Shown one piece after another: positions 61,555 through 64,000 of a stretch of 64,000 nucleotides of DNA. The stretch comes from Octopus bimaculoides (taxonomy: Eukaryota). The notes under the pieces were generated by a model, which saw nothing but the letters and a program-made list of their open reading frames with translations, did no database searches and was not told the DNA's origin. Within the stretch, counting starts at the first letter, position 1. The number at the start of each line of letters is the position of its first letter. The DNA lies in contig NC_068990.1 of assembly GCF_001194135.2 (NCBI RefSeq), positions 78,239,498-78,303,497 on the forward strand, given 5' to 3'. The position numbers and the translations under genes were made by a program.

Positions 61555-63475
61555 GTGCATGCATATGTCTTTGTGTTTGTCCTCCACCATCATTTGACAA
61601 TCAATGTTGGTTTGCTTATGTCTCTGTAACATAGCAGTTCATTGAAAAAGACTGATAAAATAAGTACCAGACTTGAAAAAAGAAAAGTTCTGGGGTTGAG
61701 TGATGACTAATAGCAGCAGTGTAATGACTGAAACAAGTAAAAGAAAGATATTGATAAAAATCCAAAAGCTTTGAAGAACTGGAAGACATGCTGATGGAAT
61801 GGATTTATTGACAAGGTAACTTAATTTGTCAAGGCACTGAGTGATAAAACACATTAGGGTTTCAGGACCATACCTGGTAGAAGATATGAATGAGACAAGC
61901 AGTGTTAGATGAAAGTACAATAAATTGCTACTGACTTGGTTGTAGCCTTGAGTAACACCTTGTTAACCAGTTCTTTTGGTGTTGTTCTCACCTGCTAGTC
62001 CAAATGAGATCAACCATTGTTATTTATAGCCACTTACACTGGAGTCTTGAAGGAGATTGGTCATGTTCACTTTGGGTTCTCTTCTATAATCGTATTGCTA
62101 TGGGTGACCCTAAATTCACAAGGACATTACTCTTGGAGTTATCAGACCATGCAAACCGTTTGCTACAGCAAGGAATTACCTTCAGGGGGTAACACAATAT
62201 AACAAAAACAAATGTGGAAGACAAACAGTTACATTCCATAGTCGAAGAGTCTTGACACTGCTGTAAGTTGATCATCACTATCAGACATAAGTGGCATAGA
62301 GATATAATAAAAATAACACTGAACAGAGGTGGGGGGGGGGGTGCATATGAACTGACTGGAGCATGTAAAAAAACTACTTAAATAGAAAAGGAATTTACCA
62401 TTAGGTCTAATAATAAGAGCTAATTCTCCTGAATGTGTCTCCCGAGACGCTTTGATAAACATCACAACCTGATAAAGAAAGGAAATGAATCACATTAATA
62501 CATTTATGGTTAAATCAGTTTATTGTTAATTAAATTGATCTTTAGCAAAACTGTACTTAATTAAACATCTCACAGTGACCCGCTAATTTCATGCAACATA
62601 TATCCTGTGATGGTGAAAAGTAGCAATGAGGTTGCAACATTGCTGTTTTGGACATGTGGAGGGATGAAGATAAACTGACACATTAAAATAGCTGTAACAT
62701 CAATCTCTTTTTTGGTCGAGATAATGTGCTCAGTCGTCCACAGCAAATCCAGAGGCATCTAATCTACTAGGCTATGACCTATTATTCCTATTTGCTTACA
62801 TATTTTACAATTACAACTTAATCTAAAACATTTCAAAGTGGACTTGAGTGAAACTAGAACTTGTCTAGACTGCTCTGCAACATGCCCCAATACTGTCAAG
62901 TTAATAGTATAGCTTGCTTCTAAGTCAGATTGAAGACTGACTTAATCAGTGTATAGAATGTAATTTGCAACCTAACAGCCTCAAAGAACTTGGTAATTCT
63001 AACAAGACTATTTAGATTTATTTGATAACATCTCAAAAATGAAGAGATCTAAGAAAATGAACTGATTTCCAACTCAGCAAACCAATTCAAGTTTTATCAC
63101 CATAAACCTTAATACATATTCTATTGAATTAGGCCAGTTCTAAAAAAAAAGTCACTGACATTATACAGTTAAACTCTTAAGGGAATGAAATTACTAAAAT
63201 TCTCAAGAGATCTACTGTGATAAAACTACTAATCTGCATTAAAAGAGACCAAACCAGATCAGTGTAGAGCCACACTGATCTCAAAATGGTATAAAAAGAA
63301 TAAAAAAAATATACAGTTATAAGGCACCTACCTGTTCATGAGTGTGTTGAGAAACATCACGGCCATTTATAAATAACACTTGGTCGCCCTCGTTTAGCCG
63401 AGGTATACATAAATCTGCTGGGGTATTGGGTGCCACCCGAGAAACTATGATGGGCATACACTGGTCAGATCCACC
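31927..63475 (-). CDS. PTPN4: FERM-PDZ-PTP non-receptor tyrosine phosphatase (PTPN3/PTPN4, Ptpmeg ortholog), 5'-partial, 12 coding exons (1176 nt, 391 aa)
   Basis: Spliced minus-strand exons give PDZ ([23 protein letters not shown]), [48 protein letters not shown] and QRAMLIQT in one open frame. Invertebrates have one ortholog of vertebrate PTPN3 and PTPN4, so the symbol is nominal. Confidence 0.96.
33262..33390 (-). mobile_element. Short degenerate RTE 3' end
   Basis: catcatttaacgcctgttttcc...ctggatgcccttcctaatgcc. Confidence 0.7.
34831..34980. repeat. Tandem duplication, 2 x 75 bp
   Basis: 34831-34905 and 34906-34980 differ at one base. Confidence 0.95.
35531..35861. mobile_element. Degenerate fold-back/MITE element
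   Basis: aaaact..gtttcacatgaccattcatcagacagttgtgataatatg mirrored at the right end; inner arms more weakly paired. Confidence 0.8.
39108..39455 (-). mobile_element. Family-B CORE-like SINE
   Basis: Similarity to 16551-16950. Confidence 0.85.
39570..39618. repeat. (CA)n microsatellite
   Basis: Directly visible. Confidence 0.97.
39835..40054. mobile_element. piggyBac-type MITE (220 bp)
   Basis: TTAA target-site duplications (39831-39834, 40055-40058) and ccctttag...ctaaaggg termini. Confidence 0.85.
43224..43269 (-). CDS. PTPN4: PTPN4 exon ([15 protein letters not shown])
   Basis: ctttgtag / gtgagt. Confidence 0.96.
44775..45219 (+). mobile_element. Young RTE 3' UTR copy
   Basis: Near-identical to 53456-53730. 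Confidence 0.9.
46199..46334 (-). CDS. PTPN4: PTPN4 P-loop/Q-loop exon (SAGIGRTG...QRAMLIQTA)
   Basis: ttttctag / gtaagt. Confidence 0.98.
47270..47418 (-). CDS. PTPN4: PTPN4 WPD-loop exon ([12 protein letters not shown]...VVHC)
   Basis: cttgtag / gtaggt. Confidence 0.98.
48482..48610 (-). CDS. PTPN4: PTPN4 exon (VKCHQYWPD...FTLTHVE) followed by a GC donor
   Basis: cattgcag acceptor; donor GAG/gcaagt gives phase 0 into the next exon. Confidence 0.93.
49366..49495. other. Assembly gap (130 N)
   Basis: N run. Confidence 1.
49872..49934 (-). CDS. PTPN4: PTPN4 exon ([21 protein letters not shown])
   Basis: tctttcag / gtaagt. Confidence 0.97.
50290..50470 (-). mobile_element. 3' part of a family-B SINE abutting an RTE fragment
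   Basis: tgtttcagtcatttgactgcagccatgctg family signature. Confidence 0.75.
50480..53136 (+). mobile_element. Two tandem RTE RT relics plus 3' tail
   Basis: [23 protein letters not shown] occurs twice (ORFs 50452 and 51290); YADD motif; Zn-finger-like region; (GAT)n tail. Confidence 0.92.
52710..52735. other. 10-N gap followed by Illumina adapter remnant GACGCTCTTCCGATCT
   Basis: Exact 16-nt match to the 3' end of the TruSeq universal adapter, at a contig edge. Confidence 0.92.
53456..53730 (+). mobile_element. Young RTE 3' end
   Basis: Family sequence with (GAT)n tail. Confidence 0.9.
54029..54112 (-). CDS. PTPN4: PTPN4 exon ([28 protein letters not shown])
   Basis: ttgcttcag / gtgagc. 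Confidence 0.97.
54337..54600. mobile_element. hAT-type MITE (264 bp)
   Basis: 16-bp TIRs caggggttttcaaact / agtttgaaaacccctg and perfect 8-bp TSD ccttacat (54329-54336, 54601-54608). Confidence 0.95.
55336..55510. repeat. 20-bp minisatellite, about 9 copies (taaatgctaattaatatatt)
   Basis: Directly visible tandem array. Confidence 0.97.
55938..56005 (-). CDS. PTPN4: PTPN4 exon ([23 protein letters not shown])
   Basis: ttttctag / gtaaga. Confidence 0.97.
56270..56600. repeat. (GGT/GAT)-rich low-complexity tract
   Basis: Degenerate trinucleotide repeats. Confidence 0.8.
57497..57587 (-). CDS. PTPN4: PTPN4 exon (QLYRKK...KNRYRDVSP)
   Basis: caacag / gtaagt; pTyr-recognition loop. Confidence 0.97.
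57866..57900. repeat. (AG)n microsatellite about 20 nt into the intron after PTPN4 exon 57922-58079
   Basis: Directly visible. Confidence 0.97.
57922..58079 (-). CDS. PTPN4: PTPN4 PDZ-PTP linker exon ([18 protein letters not shown]...AQFE)
   Basis: tttttgcag / gtaagt; phase 1-0. Confidence 0.93.
59480..61110 (-). mobile_element. Old RTE/BovB-like LINE relic (endonuclease to RT; approximate bounds)
   Basis: [19 protein letters not shown] (endonuclease start) and [13 protein letters not shown] (RT) remnants. Confidence 0.75.
61321..61700 (+). mobile_element. Family-B CORE-like SINE with internal (TG/TATG/TA)n
   Basis: ggttctgggttcagtccc head, ggcaccttgggcaagtg. Confidence 0.85.
62399..62468 (-). 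CDS. PTPN4: PTPN4 PDZ end exon ([23 protein letters not shown])
   Basis: tttatcag / gtaaat. Confidence 0.96.
63332..63475 (-). CDS. PTPN4: PTPN4 PDZ exon ([16 protein letters not shown]...HTHEQ)
   Basis: tttttag / gtaggt on the minus strand; 144 nt. Confidence 0.97.
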
Positions 63476-63557
63476 CTAAAAACAAGAAGGAAAAAAAACC
63501 ATAGTAATCATAAAATTGGGATTTTATCCCCAAAAGCTATGTTTGTAAAGAATTGGA

Positions 63558-63632
<75 letters not shown>

Positions 63633-63640
63633 CAGTAGTA
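63558..63640. repeat. (TAG)n microsatellite
   Basis: Directly visible. Confidence 0.97.
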
Positions 63641-63870
63641 GATCAAACATCAACAATCAGAAAGACTTTTACTTATTTTATTTTTATTTTTTGACAATGG
63701 GAAAATGAAAAGCAAATTCATTAGACAAAACTATTACATTTACTGAAATATTCTGCTGATTTAACCACAGACAATGTCAATAATTTCTTATTTGGGCACA
63801 AGATTTTCTGAGACTGAACAACATTCTTAAATTGATCCAAGTAATAGTTTATCAGCCTTAGAGAATTGTA

Positions 63871-64000
63871 CGAGGTGGTATCAAATAGTTCGTGAACTAG
63901 TTCTGTAGCATGCTAACAGATGGCAACACATGGTTATGTGCACAATGAGAGTTAGCAGTGGCCTTCATGAGGCACTCTGCCAAGTGACATCACTGTGTCT
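63871..64000. mobile_element. Possible mariner left terminus, cut by the window edge
   Basis: TA|cgaggtggtatcaaa start typical of mariner TIRs; partner end not visible. Confidence 0.4.

Overview
AT-rich animal genomic DNA, about half repeats, with four N gaps. The repeat families look like those of Octopus; this is an inference and cannot be confirmed without a search. Two intron-rich genes converge tail to tail. (1) On the + strand are the last 15 coding exons of a de novo DNA methyltransferase DNMT3 (3513-28467; ADD domain plus a complete C5-MTase domain). No PWWP exon was found, so the N-terminus presumably lies upstream. (2) On the - strand are the last 12 coding exons of a PTPN3/PTPN4 (Ptpmeg) phosphatase (63475-31927; part of the PDZ domain plus a complete PTP domain), with FERM exons beyond the window. 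I assembled both exon chains by hand and both keep an open frame across every junction. Introns hold RTE and CR1-like LINE relics, two SINE families, piggyBac and Tc1/mariner relics, several MITE/fold-back elements and microsatellites. Most notable: the DNMT3 naturally carries His at the human R882 position and Cys at Y735 (both match human leukaemia/clonal haematopoiesis mutations), plus changes at dimer-interface positions 674/676. Well-preserved RTE 3' ends alternate in orientation along the gene and bracket in-frame exon modules. There is also a candidate 3'-UTR microexon, a GC-AG intron and an Illumina adapter artefact. Human residue numbers and exon sizes are recalled, not looked up.
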